From: Escherichia phage vB_EcoM-LTH01
Sequence record: PP430345
DNA length: 64,000 nucleotides
Direction: 5' to 3' (one strand)
In this document: piece by piece, positions 55,971-63,907 of the stretch
Layout of the letters: each line of letters opens with the position of its first letter
How positions within the stretch are numbered: the first letter of the stretch is position 1
Made by a program: the position numbers and the translations under genes
Notes under the pieces: model-generated
Told to the model about the DNA's origin: nothing
The model's input: only the letters and a program-made list of their open reading frames with translations
Databases searched by the model: none

Positions 55971-56195
55971 TTTATTATTCCTCAGTGTAGCGAGTGTCGT
56001 AAAGTACAGCGGCGGCAGTAGCAGAACATACAGCGACCAGGAGAGAAACTAAGAAAATTGCCATCATGATAATCACCTTTGAGTTTTTTCGTTTTGGGCT
56101 ATCTCGCCCCGTTGAAAGTACTATACTACTACCCAATGTTTGTTGCAACTACTTTTTAAAACTTTTTATAACTTTCTTTTAAGTGCATGAATTAA

Positions 56196-56348
56196 TTAAA
56201 ATTCATAAAGGATAACATTAAATTCATCAATGATTTGGGCCTTATGATATCCTCCCTTTGCCAGCTTGTAAGCCGTGCACAAATCAAAAAAGGTCCGGCT
56301 GATCGGTGACGATGATTCTGTTTCCCAGGTCAATAACTTATACACCTT
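56196..56348 (-). CDS. hypothetical small protein (GTG start)
   Basis: track start 56411 overlaps upstream gene by 53 nt; GTG after GAGG. Confidence 0.3.
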   Translation of the reverse strand, partial: KVYKLLTWETESSSPISRTFFDLCTAYKLAKGGYHKAQIIDEFNVILYEF

Positions 56349-56358
56349 ACACCTCAAT

Positions 56359-56565
56359 TTAGTTTGAATATTTATAATCTTCTGACCAGTAAATAACTTT
56401 AATCCCTGCATATCCTGTAAAAACAGACAATGCAGCGAAAGCTATGCTAATACCTATTGCCCCAGGAAACAAAGATCCTATGGCGACGATTAAAGATAGC
56501 CCTGCAATAGCCAGGAGGGTAGTCGCAATAAAGCTAACAAAGTTATATACAATTTTCTTTTTCAT
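56359..56565 (-). CDS. small membrane protein
   Basis: two TM segments; promoter TTGACG-N17-TATAAT upstream. Confidence 0.5.
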   Translation of the reverse strand: MKKKIVYNFVSFIATTLLAIAGLSLIVAIGSLFPGAIGISIAFAALSVFTGYAGIKVIYWSEDYKYSN

Positions 56566-56591
56566 TTCTATAAATCCTATTTCGTTTGCCT

Positions 56592-56637
56592 ATGCCGTCC
56601 ATTATAGGTACGGCACAAGCCAACGTCAACAAGTTTT
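56592..56637 (-). promoter_or_regulatory. promoter with palindrome spanning the -10
   Basis: TTGACG - 17 nt - TATAAT with TGCCGT...ACGGCA inverted repeat around the -10. Confidence 0.45.
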
Positions 56638-56802
56638 TTAAATTAGTTTAGTACCTGGCTTGTTAAGGTGGCGCTTTGCCATTTTAACCGCTGTTACTTT
56701 ACTATGACCAGCTTCACGATAAAAGTTAACCAGACGTTTCAAGTTTTCTTTCTTCTCAGCCTTATTGGGCCAATTTACATAAGATAAATTTTGCGGATTC
56801 AT
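56638..56802 (-). CDS. hypothetical basic protein
   Basis: start at MNPQN with ATGA overlap to upstream stop. Confidence 0.45.
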   Translation of the reverse strand: MNPQNLSYVNWPNKAEKKENLKRLVNFYREAGHSKVTAVKMAKRHLNKPGTKLI

Positions 56803-57101
56803 TTGCTTTTTTCCTCGTAGAAACAAGCTGCAACAAAACCAATAATTACAGTGTTCACTTCCGATTTTGGGATCGGATGGCTACTACCTGATGCGATAAC
56901 TTCACCGCCGTTGGTCAAGGTATAGATTAAAACAGACGTAGCAGGTTCTTTACCTTCCTTGACTGTTAGCACGGCTTCGCTATCTTCAAAGTCACCATTA
57001 TCTTTTTTGCGTTTAAAGACCATTGACTTTTTGCCCATAGCTACAAAGATACTTTCGTCAAGTGAATCTAAAAAGAAATACTCATTTGCTTTGGTAAACA
57101 T
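56799..57101 (-). CDS. hypothetical protein
   Basis: 100-aa ORF; TTGACG promoter upstream. Confidence 0.5.
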   Translation of the reverse strand: MFTKANEYFFLDSLDESIFVAMGKKSMVFKRKKDNGDFEDSEAVLTVKEGKEPATSVLIYTLTNGGEVIASGSSHPIPKSEVNTVIIGFVAACFYEEKSK

Positions 57102-57161
57102 GATTATGCCTCATTTGTCGATTTGTTACAGTTTAAATTAAAATGACCTTCACGTCAACTA

Positions 57162-57341
57162 TTAATTTGCTACTTTTTTCTGATAGCCTTCACGAAAGTA
57201 AGCGCGGATTTGGCCCAAAGATAAACGCATGTCGTTTTTGAGGGAGCTAATAGAGTAAGCCTTGTTTTTTATGATTTCGTGGTGTCCGGTTCCGTTACCA
57301 ATGATAATGTTTACAGTAGCTACCATCATACTTGCTTTCAT
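57162..57341 (-). CDS. small protein (59 aa)
   Basis: follows promoter + GGCGGGGA palindrome unit; below track cutoff. Confidence 0.4.
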   Translation of the reverse strand: MKASMMVATVNIIIGNGTGHHEIIKNKAYSISSLKNDMRLSLGQIRAYFREGYQKKVAN

Positions 57342-57402
57342 TTTGTTGGCCTTTCGTTTTGTGGCGGGGAAACACTCCCCGCCTGATGTGATATATTATA
57401 CT

Positions 57403-57654
57403 TTACGCTTTTAACTTTGCAAGTGATTTATTAAACATTTCAGCGGTAATATTTTTACCCGTTGGTTGTACTTTATCCAGGATCTTTTGGTGTGCACTAC
57501 GTCCGAAAGAATAAGATCCATAAGCCGTTAGCCAATAGTCGCCATTTTGGTTTACATGCACCGCACAATAAGGTACTCCACGGGATTCATCACTAATGAA
57601 GTGAGATACTGTACCCGTTACATTAGCCGTCGTAGTTTTGATTTGTTCTAACAT
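57403..57654 (-). CDS. hypothetical protein
   Basis: 83-aa ORF; promoter/palindrome/SD CCTAGGAG unit. Confidence 0.5.
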   Translation of the reverse strand: MLEQIKTTTANVTGTVSHFISDESRGVPYCAVHVNQNGDYWLTAYGSYSFGRSAHQKILDKVQPTGKNITAEMFNKSLAKLKA

Positions 57655-57741
57655 TTCTCTTACTCCTAGGACATAGGCGGGAAGTGTTCCCGCCTTCTAT
57701 GTAATATAGTTTACTCGTTTTCTCTATGCTGTCAATGATAA
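57655..57741 (-). promoter_or_regulatory. early promoter + GC palindrome unit
   Basis: TTGACA ... GGCGGGAACACTTCCCGCC ... SD. Confidence 0.5.
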
Positions 57742-58122
57742 TTACATATCTTTTTTGCGTTTAACATCAACAGCGTTCGAATAAACAGGGATGTTATTGT
57801 CACGGCAAAAGCGGGAAAGGTAACTATACTCTGAAAACTCTTTTCCTTCCAGGTTGATAACCTTGCTAAATTCTTCCAGTGCCACGGTATCGAAATGATC
57901 ACCATAGCCATATTTGAACGGCACGCTAACTACCTCAACCAATTTACCAGCGATCTCCACGTCTACACTTAAAGAGAAATAAGTATTACCGTATGATTGT
58001 TGGAACCAACGGCGGGCCAGGACGTGCACCGCTTCCACGTTTGACAGCTTGATTTTAGAATCTGCATTCAGAGTAACCATATCAGCATAATCGCAAACGT
58101 TAGTATTTTTAGCCATTTTCAT
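57742..58122 (-). CDS. hypothetical protein
   Basis: 126-aa ORF; promoter TTGACT-N17-TAAATT and palindrome upstream. Confidence 0.55.
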   Translation of the reverse strand: MKMAKNTNVCDYADMVTLNADSKIKLSNVEAVHVLARRWFQQSYGNTYFSLSVDVEIAGKLVEVVSVPFKYGYGDHFDTVALEEFSKVINLEGKEFSEYSYLSRFCRDNNIPVYSNAVDVKRKKDM

Positions 58123-58205
58123 AATCTCTTTTTGTTTAGCGGGGCCATTCCCCGCCTGATGTGATTAATTTACTTGTTTTGTTTCTTTCAGTCAACTACT
58201 TTTTC
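58123..58205 (-). promoter_or_regulatory. early promoter + GC palindrome unit
   Basis: AAAAAGTAGTTGACT - 17 nt - TAAATT, GGCGGGGAATGGCCCCGC. Confidence 0.55.
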
Positions 58206-58208
58206 AAA

Positions 58209-58502
58209 TTATTTTTGCAATGCACGTTGTAAGTTTTCAGCGTCCAGATTATCAATCATGTAGCTCATAACTTCTTTTACTTCTTGCAAGTCTTCCTCTG
58301 TTAATTCCTCACCTTCCGGCATAGGTTCAACCTCAGGCGATGCGATACAGGCCGGATTAATCCAACGGCGATCTTGCTCATACGCCGTAGTAACAATCTC
58401 ACACGCTAAAGGATCATCGAATGACTCAACTACATAATCATCACATTGGCGAACGGCGGCAGCACCATAAAAACAAAATCCTGCAAAAACTTCGTATAAC
58501 AT
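58209..58502 (-). CDS. hypothetical acidic protein
   Basis: start moved to MLYEVF after SD AAAGGTGA. Confidence 0.5.
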   Translation of the reverse strand: MLYEVFAGFCFYGAAAVRQCDDYVVESFDDPLACEIVTTAYEQDRRWINPACIASPEVEPMPEGEELTEEDLQEVKEVMSYMIDNLDAENLQRALQK

Positions 58503-58587
58503 AATAATCACCTTTGGGTTATCTTCATCTCGTCTTGATGAAACTAATATACATCCTCTCAAAAATGGATGCAAGAAGTTTTTTAAA

Positions 58588-58815
58588 TTATTTTCTAATT
58601 ATCTTTACTGCCTGGATAGTCTCGCAAGATGACGGATCAACAATCAACAATTGGCTTACGCTGACCTTTATTTCTTCCCTAGAGGCCGTAGCAGTGATTG
58701 AACGTGTAACGCTGGTATAATCCTTACCTTGCGGGATTAGATACGTTATAGACGTTCCCAGGGCGTTGTTTTTGAGGAAGCGGATCACTTCTGTAAGTGA
58801 AAGAATATTGATCAT
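58588..58815 (-). CDS. hypothetical protein
   Basis: start moved to MINIL (SD GGAG); track N-terminus lies in terminator hairpin. Confidence 0.45.
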   Translation of the reverse strand: MINILSLTEVIRFLKNNALGTSITYLIPQGKDYTSVTRSITATASREEIKVSVSQLLIVDPSSCETIQAVKIIRK

Positions 58816-58834
58816 GTCTGTTCTCCATAAAGAA

Positions 58835-58862
58835 AGGCCCACATTATAGCGGGCCTTGATTG
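58835..58862 (-). terminator. intrinsic terminator
   Basis: minus strand AGGCCCGCTATAATGTGGGCCT + TTCTTT. Confidence 0.6.
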
Positions 58863-59003
58863 TTAAAGATCGATTGTATTAGTGATCCATTCGTGCCGCT
58901 TGTTCTCTCGCTTATCTTTTACTTTCTTCTTCTTACATTCTTGATAAGTATTGAAATCAAGTTTTTTAGTTTTGATGATTTTTTGTCGGTTTGTATTAGT
59001 CAT
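58863..59003 (-). CDS. small basic protein (46 aa)
   Basis: K/R-rich ORF followed by intrinsic terminator. Confidence 0.35.
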   Translation of the reverse strand: MTNTNRQKIIKTKKLDFNTYQECKKKKVKDKRENKRHEWITNTIDL

Positions 59004-59006
59004 ATG

Positions 59007-59318
59007 TTAAGCCCTGCGTTTAGTTTGTTGTTCGTGGTAATATTGACGCTCGTCAATAATGTCGTGAATCTCTTCTTCTGTACTGCGGTACACTTCAAAA
59101 ATTATCTCAGCCCCAAGTGACTGGCGATACTGCATAGCGCCAACCGCATCAATCTCTAACATCGGACCATAGTCACGGGATGATCCAACCTTACCACGGT
59201 AACGATACTCAAAGTAACAAAACATTTTATCACGCCTTTTATTGAAGTAACTCATTGTAATTGATGTGGCGATGTAACCTATGCCGAGTAAACCTATGAT
59301 GCTAACAATATCATTCAT
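59007..59318 (-). CDS. membrane-anchored protein
   Basis: start at MNDIVSIIGLLGIGYIA (TM) after SD AAGGA. Confidence 0.45.
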   Translation of the reverse strand: MNDIVSIIGLLGIGYIATSITMSYFNKRRDKMFCYFEYRYRGKVGSSRDYGPMLEIDAVGAMQYRQSLGAEIIFEVYRSTEEEIHDIIDERQYYHEQQTKRRA

Positions 59319-59382
59319 CTTTGTGTCCTTGTTTCTTTTAATCTTGCCCCTGAATACTAATAGGGGCAATGTTAAAAGTCAA

Positions 59383-59592
59383 TCAAAAACTTTCTTTAAT
59401 GATTTGGTCGAGGCGCTCACTTGTTTTCAGTTTTCCCATTTGTTCAAGTTTAACGCTGACCTGATTGAGAATATTTTCGGCTTGCTCAGGGTAAAGATCA
59501 GTAGCTTTCCAAAATGCCTGACGTGCGCCAGATTCTACGGCAACGGCTAAAACTTCCTCTCGAACGTCATTGATTGTTTTTTCATTGATCAT
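59383..59592 (-). CDS. hypothetical protein
   Basis: 69-aa ORF, SD AAAGGTGA. Confidence 0.5.
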   Translation of the reverse strand: MINEKTINDVREEVLAVAVESGARQAFWKATDLYPEQAENILNQVSVKLEQMGKLKTSERLDQIIKESF

Positions 59593-59622
59593 TTTATCAC
59601 CTTTCTATTTTTGCGTTGTATA

Positions 59623-59805
59623 TTAACGATAGTCATCATAAGCAATATTGATAAGTTCGAAATATTTTTCGAAAGCTTCATCAATGCAATCAAGTTCTGC
59701 GATCATTCTGCCATATTTCACAACATAAACCAGACTAGAAGAATCATAGGACAAAGTAACATCGTTAACGCCTTCGATCTTTGTAGTTGCAATCAGTTCT
59801 GTCAT
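59623..59805 (-). CDS. hypothetical protein
   Basis: 60-aa ORF after promoter and GGGGGAA palindrome. Confidence 0.5.
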   Translation of the reverse strand: MTELIATTKIEGVNDVTLSYDSSSLVYVVKYGRMIAELDCIDEAFEKYFELINIAYDDYR

Positions 59806-59900
59806 TTTTCAATCTCTCTTTTTGTTTATGGGGGAAGATGTTTCCCCCTATTCGTTAATTATCTTACTTCTTTATACTCTTTCCGTCAACTACTTTTTTA
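59806..59900 (-). promoter_or_regulatory. early promoter + GC palindrome unit
   Basis: AAAAAAGTAGTTGACG - 17 nt - TAAGAT, GGGGGAAACATCTTCCCCC. Confidence 0.55.
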
Positions 59901-59903
59901 ATC

Positions 59904-60236
59904 TTAGTTTTCTTCTTCTTCTGATTCATCACTGTAAGCACTTTCTAACGTCTCGCCAGTGTAATCATCGATTAAAGAGTCATCATTGTAGTTCACCTGG
60001 ACACCGACGATATAGAATGAGCGCTCATCGGGATCATTGAAATTAATGTTTTGGATATTAGCCATCACCGTATTGATACCTAAAACACTTCCATCGTCAG
60101 TTACAAAATACTGGTATCTCTCATAACCACCACTATTGAAACCAAAATTGATATTTGGGATACCTTTGTCAATGTTGATAGCTTGAGCAATAAAATCATT
60201 TTCAAAGTTAGTCTGCACGATAGATAAAAAGCCCAT
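59904..60236 (-). CDS. hypothetical protein with poly-acidic C-terminus
   Basis: start at MGFLSIV after SD AAAGAGAAGAGAG; C-terminal SDESEEEEN. Confidence 0.5.
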   Translation of the reverse strand: MGFLSIVQTNFENDFIAQAINIDKGIPNINFGFNSGGYERYQYFVTDDGSVLGINTVMANIQNINFNDPDERSFYIVGVQVNYNDDSLIDDYTGETLESAYSDESEEEEN

Positions 60237-60325
60237 TTTGATTTCTCTCTTCTCTTTTGGCGGGGCCATTCCCCGCCTGATGTGATTAATTTACTTGTTT
60301 TGCTTGTTTGTGTCAACTACTTTTT
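60237..60325 (-). promoter_or_regulatory. early promoter + GC palindrome unit
   Basis: AAAAAGTAGTTGACA - 17 nt - TAAATT, GGCGGGGAATGGCCCCGCC. Confidence 0.55.
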
Positions 60326-60329
60326 CTTT

Positions 60330-60569
60330 TTACATTCCAACCATCGCGGCACGGATTGCAGTAGTACTATATTTGAAGCCGTCCGGTGTTTTATCTTGTC
60401 CAGTTTGGCCTAAAAATAACATCATATCACGGGCCGCCTCATTACGGTTAGTATTAGCATGGATAAATTCTTTTGCCATCTGATATAATGACTCTTCGTT
60501 ATTAATCCATAATGAAACATTCCAATGAGTTTTGTTTTTGTGACCGTTGAAAGTTTTAGATTTAGCCAT
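60330..60569 (-). CDS. hypothetical protein
   Basis: 79-aa ORF; promoter TTGACT-N17-GATAAT upstream. Confidence 0.5.
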   Translation of the reverse strand: MAKSKTFNGHKNKTHWNVSLWINNEESLYQMAKEFIHANTNRNEAARDMMLFLGQTGQDKTPDGFKYSTTAIRAAMVGM

Positions 60570-60660
60570 GATGATATTCTCTCTTTTTGATTTTTACTAC
60601 TTGATAAAAGTTATTATCCCAGCACTATCGGCTTAAGTCAATAGTGCTAGATTAAAACTT

Positions 60661-60873
60661 TCAACTAACAATAGTTAATGTGAAATTATAATCACCATTT
60701 TGATAAAGGACTTTATCCCCGAAAGTGCCAACACGTTTCATATTCAAGCGGATACCAAAAAGATCCTGGATATCTTTGAGATTCCGAACGCCTGTAATAT
60801 CTTTATTCAATACTTCATGGTCAGAGAATAAAACTTGTTTTGCATGTTTTAACAGTGTCACGATATTAGCCAT
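60661..60873 (-). CDS. hypothetical protein
   Basis: 70-aa ORF; full promoter/palindrome/SD unit. Confidence 0.5.
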   Translation of the reverse strand: MANIVTLLKHAKQVLFSDHEVLNKDITGVRNLKDIQDLFGIRLNMKRVGTFGDKVLYQNGDYNFTLTIVS

Positions 60874-60951
60874 TTTGATTTCTCTCTTTGATTTGGCGGC
60901 GCTATTGCCGCCCTACGTAATACAGTTTACTCTTTTTCTTCTTGCTGTCAA
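60874..60951 (-). promoter_or_regulatory. early promoter + GC palindrome unit
   Basis: AAAAAAGTAGTTGACA ... GGGCGGCAATAGCGCCGCC. Confidence 0.55.
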
Positions 60952-61092
60952 CTACTTTTTTGCTTTCTTTTCTGCTTCAACCTGGTCAGCCCACGTTTTA
61001 CCCCATACTTGACTATTGTAATGATACTGGCATAAAGCAACACCGCGACGCAGACCAGCAATAGACTTTTTACCACACTGGCAAGTTTTCAT
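60952..61092 (-). CDS. small zinc-finger-like protein (46 aa)
   Basis: MKTCQCGKK...CQYHY; SD AAGAGGAAA; below track cutoff. Confidence 0.35.
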   Translation of the reverse strand: MKTCQCGKKSIAGLRRGVALCQYHYNSQVWGKTWADQVEAEKKAKK

Positions 61093-61176
61093 CTTAGTTT
61101 CCTCTTAGTGGGGAGAACTATTCTCCCCTTGATGTAATGTATTATACTTTATTCGTTTTACTTTGCAACTACTTTT
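61093..61176 (-). promoter_or_regulatory. early promoter + GC palindrome unit
   Basis: AAAAAAGTAGTTGCAA - 16 nt - TATAAT, GGGGAGAATAGTTCTCCCC. Confidence 0.55.
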
Positions 61177-61404
61177 TTAAATCAATTCATCCAGGCATAA
61201 CAGGCGATCAACATTGAGATCGGTTAGGCTGATAGTTGGCACCTGGTAAGATTCGATATACTCGACGCTCGACCATTGACCAAAGTTAGCAACGGCCCAT
61301 TCGTTCAAGATTTTAGAAGATTCATTAATCTTTTTGCTTGTTACAACTGCTACAACCTGGGAGTTACCAACTGTACCGGATACACGAACAATAAGGATAG
61401 CCAT
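61177..61404 (-). CDS. hypothetical protein
   Basis: start at MAILIV after SD AAAGAGA; track N-terminus crosses palindrome. Confidence 0.5.
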   Translation of the reverse strand: MAILIVRVSGTVGNSQVVAVVTSKKINESSKILNEWAVANFGQWSSVEYIESYQVPTISLTDLNVDRLLCLDELI

Positions 61405-61500
61405 AATTTTAATCTCTTTGATGTGAGGCGGCACTATTGCCGCTCTCGATGTAAAACATTATACGTTAATCTAATTACTTTGCAAGTACTATTTGCTACA
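61405..61500 (-). promoter_or_regulatory. early promoter + GC palindrome unit
   Basis: TTGCAA - 16 nt - TATAAT, GAGCGGCAATAGTGCCGCCTC. Confidence 0.55.
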
Positions 61501-61530
61501 AAATTCGTAAATCTTGCCGCTGTCAATTAC

Positions 61531-61803
61531 TTACAATAAGAAATCTACATCTTTCGCTTTTAGGTTAGTATCAACCATCAAAGGATTGTTATAGTCAACA
61601 AAACGAGTAGTTTTCTCAATAGCGAAGCCTAGATACTCTTGCTTGTTGAAAATACATTCTTTCTTAAATGTTTCTTGCGCTACGGCGATCGCTGCATCCA
61701 GGGATAAACGTCCGTCAATATTGATGTTAGCAAATGATCCGCCACCGCTCATAGGTTTACCAGTAAGGCCAGTTACGATCATTGTTGCGCTATATGATGC
61801 CAT
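61531..61803 (-). CDS. hypothetical protein
   Basis: 90-aa ORF with palindrome and SD AGAAGAGAAA. Confidence 0.5.
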   Translation of the reverse strand: MASYSATMIVTGLTGKPMSGGGSFANINIDGRLSLDAAIAVAQETFKKECIFNKQEYLGFAIEKTTRFVDYNNPLMVDTNLKAKDVDFLL

Positions 61804-62018
61804 AATATTTTCTCTTCTATTTGTGAGTCGGGAACTATTCCCGCCTTGATGTAAGTATCTTATTACTATTTGTATTTCATTTCAAGCTATTTTTGACGGT
61901 CACTTGTTTTTCTTATGACTTACAAGTTGTCTACTTATGTTGCCCCGTCTTGATGTGATACATTCTACGCTTTTAATCAGCACTGTCAACAACATTTTCA
62001 ATATTATTTTCATAAAAG

Positions 62019-62046
62019 AAAGGCCCGCACAATGGCGGGCCTTAAC
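62019..62046 (-). terminator. intrinsic terminator
   Basis: minus strand AGGCCCGCCATTGTGCGGGCCT + TTCTTTT. Confidence 0.65.
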
Positions 62047-62049
62047 ATA

Positions 62050-62349
62050 TTAATTGCAGATTATTTTACCTGAAAACTCTTCCACGCCTTCAACCTGGAT
62101 TGATAAGCTACCTTTCTTTGTCGCTGGATCGTAATGGATTATCAGCGTACTGGCTTTACCTTCCTGATATAAAACACCGTCAGTAAATGCCGCCGGATTG
62201 ATCTGGAAAGGCTTAACAAATTTGTTGCCTGTTTCATGGTCCAGCATATGAGCTTTACAATCTATCAAGTTAGCACCGTAAAACTTAGTACCGTGCGCCA
62301 AAAATGGTATACACAATAAAGCAGTAAGTGCAATAACTTTAATCATCAT
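62050..62349 (-). CDS. secreted/periplasmic protein (signal peptide)
   Basis: N-terminal MMIKVIALTALLCIPFLAHG signal-peptide-like; terminator downstream. Confidence 0.55.
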   Translation of the reverse strand: MMIKVIALTALLCIPFLAHGTKFYGANLIDCKAHMLDHETGNKFVKPFQINPAAFTDGVLYQEGKASTLIIHYDPATKKGSLSIQVEGVEEFSGKIICN

Positions 62350-62504
62350 TCTTGATCCGCTGTAAATTCACAAAAGGCCCGCTTTGTACTGCGATCGCGT
62401 TTAGTTTTATTCAGCTTCTTACCTTTGAGATTCAATGTTTCATTCCATGCTTTACGCTCTTTCGTAATGTTGATTTTTTCAATGTTAGTGTTTTGGCTAG
62501 TCAT
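62346..62504 (-). CDS. small basic protein (52 aa)
   Basis: ATGA overlap with downstream gene; SD CAGGAG. Confidence 0.35.
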   Translation of the reverse strand: MTSQNTNIEKINITKERKAWNETLNLKGKKLNKTKRDRSTKRAFCEFTADQE

Positions 62505-62567
62505 GTTAATACTCCTGGATAATGTTATTTAGTGAGGGGCAAATTTGCCCCGTTAATGTTTTGGCTA
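62505..62567 (-). promoter_or_regulatory. GC palindrome in 5' leader
   Basis: GGGGCAAATTTGCCCC upstream of SD CAGGAG. Confidence 0.4.
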
Positions 62568-62780
62568 TTAGTGTTTATTGATCGACAGTGTACCGGATTT
62601 AATAGATACCTTCCATCCTTCTTGTGTTTTGGTCGGTGCACTTACAGTTAAGCCACGGGCTTTAATCTGTTTTGCAACGCTTCGGGCTTCCTCGCGAGTC
62701 CGGTAGCCTGGCATGGTATTTACCATTTCGACGCGAGCAACAGAAGATACACGGGATTTTTTAATGATGATTTTAGCCAT
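62568..62780 (-). CDS. hypothetical basic protein
   Basis: start at MAKIIIKK after SD AGGA. Confidence 0.5.
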   Translation of the reverse strand: MAKIIIKKSRVSSVARVEMVNTMPGYRTREEARSVAKQIKARGLTVSAPTKTQEGWKVSIKSGTLSINKH

Positions 62781-62868
62781 TTTGTTCATTCCTATCAGTT
62801 TTATTGCCGCACCGTTGCGGCGTTACGTGGTATAATTTAATTTACTTCTTTCTTTCTGTCAATACTTT

Positions 62869-63204
62869 TTATTTAAAATATTTGCTTTCGTACTGGTAAG
62901 GCTTACCGTCAGCAGTGTAAACAACAAAGTAACCCGCACGATCCGATTGTTTCAATGTGATCAATTTGTCGTTGCATTCTTTAACAGTCCCCACATAAAC
63001 TATTTGCGGCGATGCCTGGTAGGAGGTAACAGGCTTGCCCACTGGATCGGATTCGAAGCGTAGGACCATTGCATCACGGTTTACACTATCGTAACCCTTG
63101 AAAAATTCAATCTTGTTTTCTTCTTTCTTGTAACGAGTAACACGGCTGTAACCTTGTTGCGCCGCTTGCTGGCCTTCAATGAAATACTTAGTGACTAGTG
63201 CCAT
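62869..63204 (-). CDS. hypothetical protein
   Basis: 111-aa ORF. Confidence 0.5.
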   Translation of the reverse strand: MALVTKYFIEGQQAAQQGYSRVTRYKKEENKIEFFKGYDSVNRDAMVLRFESDPVGKPVTSYQASPQIVYVGTVKECNDKLITLKQSDRAGYFVVYTADGKPYQYESKYFK

Positions 63205-63215
63205 TTTAAAAATCC

Positions 63216-63401
63216 TCAGAAAGTTTTAACTGTTTTATTTGCTTGGAAAGTGTAAGTCTGTACGATACCAAAACGATCGCGAAGTTGCAAGATATTTCTA
63301 TTTACTCTTACAGTATGCTCTTTGTTGCTTACTACAGTGTGCAAATGCCCCTCATGTTGGAAACGTTCGCCAGGATTTACGTTTGTAATTCTTTTATTCA
63401 T
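63216..63401 (-). CDS. hypothetical protein
   Basis: 61-aa ORF; TTGACG-N17-TAGTAT promoter upstream; SD AAAGGG. Confidence 0.5.
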   Translation of the reverse strand: MNKRITNVNPGERFQHEGHLHTVVSNKEHTVRVNRNILQLRDRFGIVQTYTFQANKTVKTF

Positions 63402-63597
63402 TTTGTTGTTGCCCTTTTATTTGTTTACTTGTTGGCATGTCGCCGTTCGATGAGATGAATACTACGCTACCAGATTCACCACGTCAACATTATTTTCAAT
63501 CTTTTTTAATTTCTTTTTCCTTGCTATATAAAGGAAGATCATTTATAGTCTTTTTACCGCGCCAACCAGGGCGCACAATAGAAGAAAGGGCGATACT

Positions 63598-63876
63598 ATG
63601 ACTACCATCACTACTGCTACTACTTTGCATCTTATGCACTCGTTAGGCTGGCAAGGTGGCACGGTCTACCAAGTAGCAAGCGCAACAGGCTTAGACGTTA
63701 ATACTATCCTTAACCTGGCGGATCGAAAGGTGGAAGATATGGACTACCTTGATACGTTTACCGATGGTTACCTTTGGGCGTGTGCTGGCGGGAAAGAAAG
63801 CAAGATACCGCCGAACGCTAAGGGCGACGTGTATTTTTGGTTAGGCGTTCTTACCTGGCAAGAAGATAAAAAATAA
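63598..63876 (+). CDS. hypothetical protein (divergent from minus-strand array)
   Basis: 92-aa ORF; SD AAAGGG. Confidence 0.5.
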   Translation: MTTITTATTLHLMHSLGWQGGTVYQVASATGLDVNTILNLADRKVEDMDYLDTFTDGYLWACAGGKESKIPPNAKGDVYFWLGVLTWQEDKK

Positions 63877-63878
63877 TG

Positions 63879-63907
63879 TTGACAACGGCCCCGCCAGGGG
63901 CCATAAT
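63879..63907 (+). promoter_or_regulatory. promoter with GC palindrome in spacer
   Basis: TTGACA - 17 nt (GGCCCCGCCAGGGGCC palindrome) - CATAAT. Confidence 0.45.

Noticed and set aside
55762-56052. + strand ORFs inside the minus-strand array (55590..55811, 55762..56052, 58514..58720, 58860..59120, 59611..59901, 60725..61012, 61276..61539)
   Set aside because: Antisense to better-supported minus-strand genes and promoter units; no SD sites.
59904-60269. Track N-terminal extensions on minus-strand genes (e.g. 54173..54586, 55099..55503, 58209..58574, 59007..59369, 59904..60269, 61177..61434)
   Set aside because: The extensions translate through promoter or palindrome sequence and lack SD sites; internal ATGs preceded by AAAGAG/GGAG-type SDs are the likely starts.
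53317-62822. GC-rich palindromes in the minus-strand array as intrinsic terminators
   Set aside because: They lie downstream of the promoter elements and upstream of the SD of the same gene, and are not followed by U-runs on either strand.
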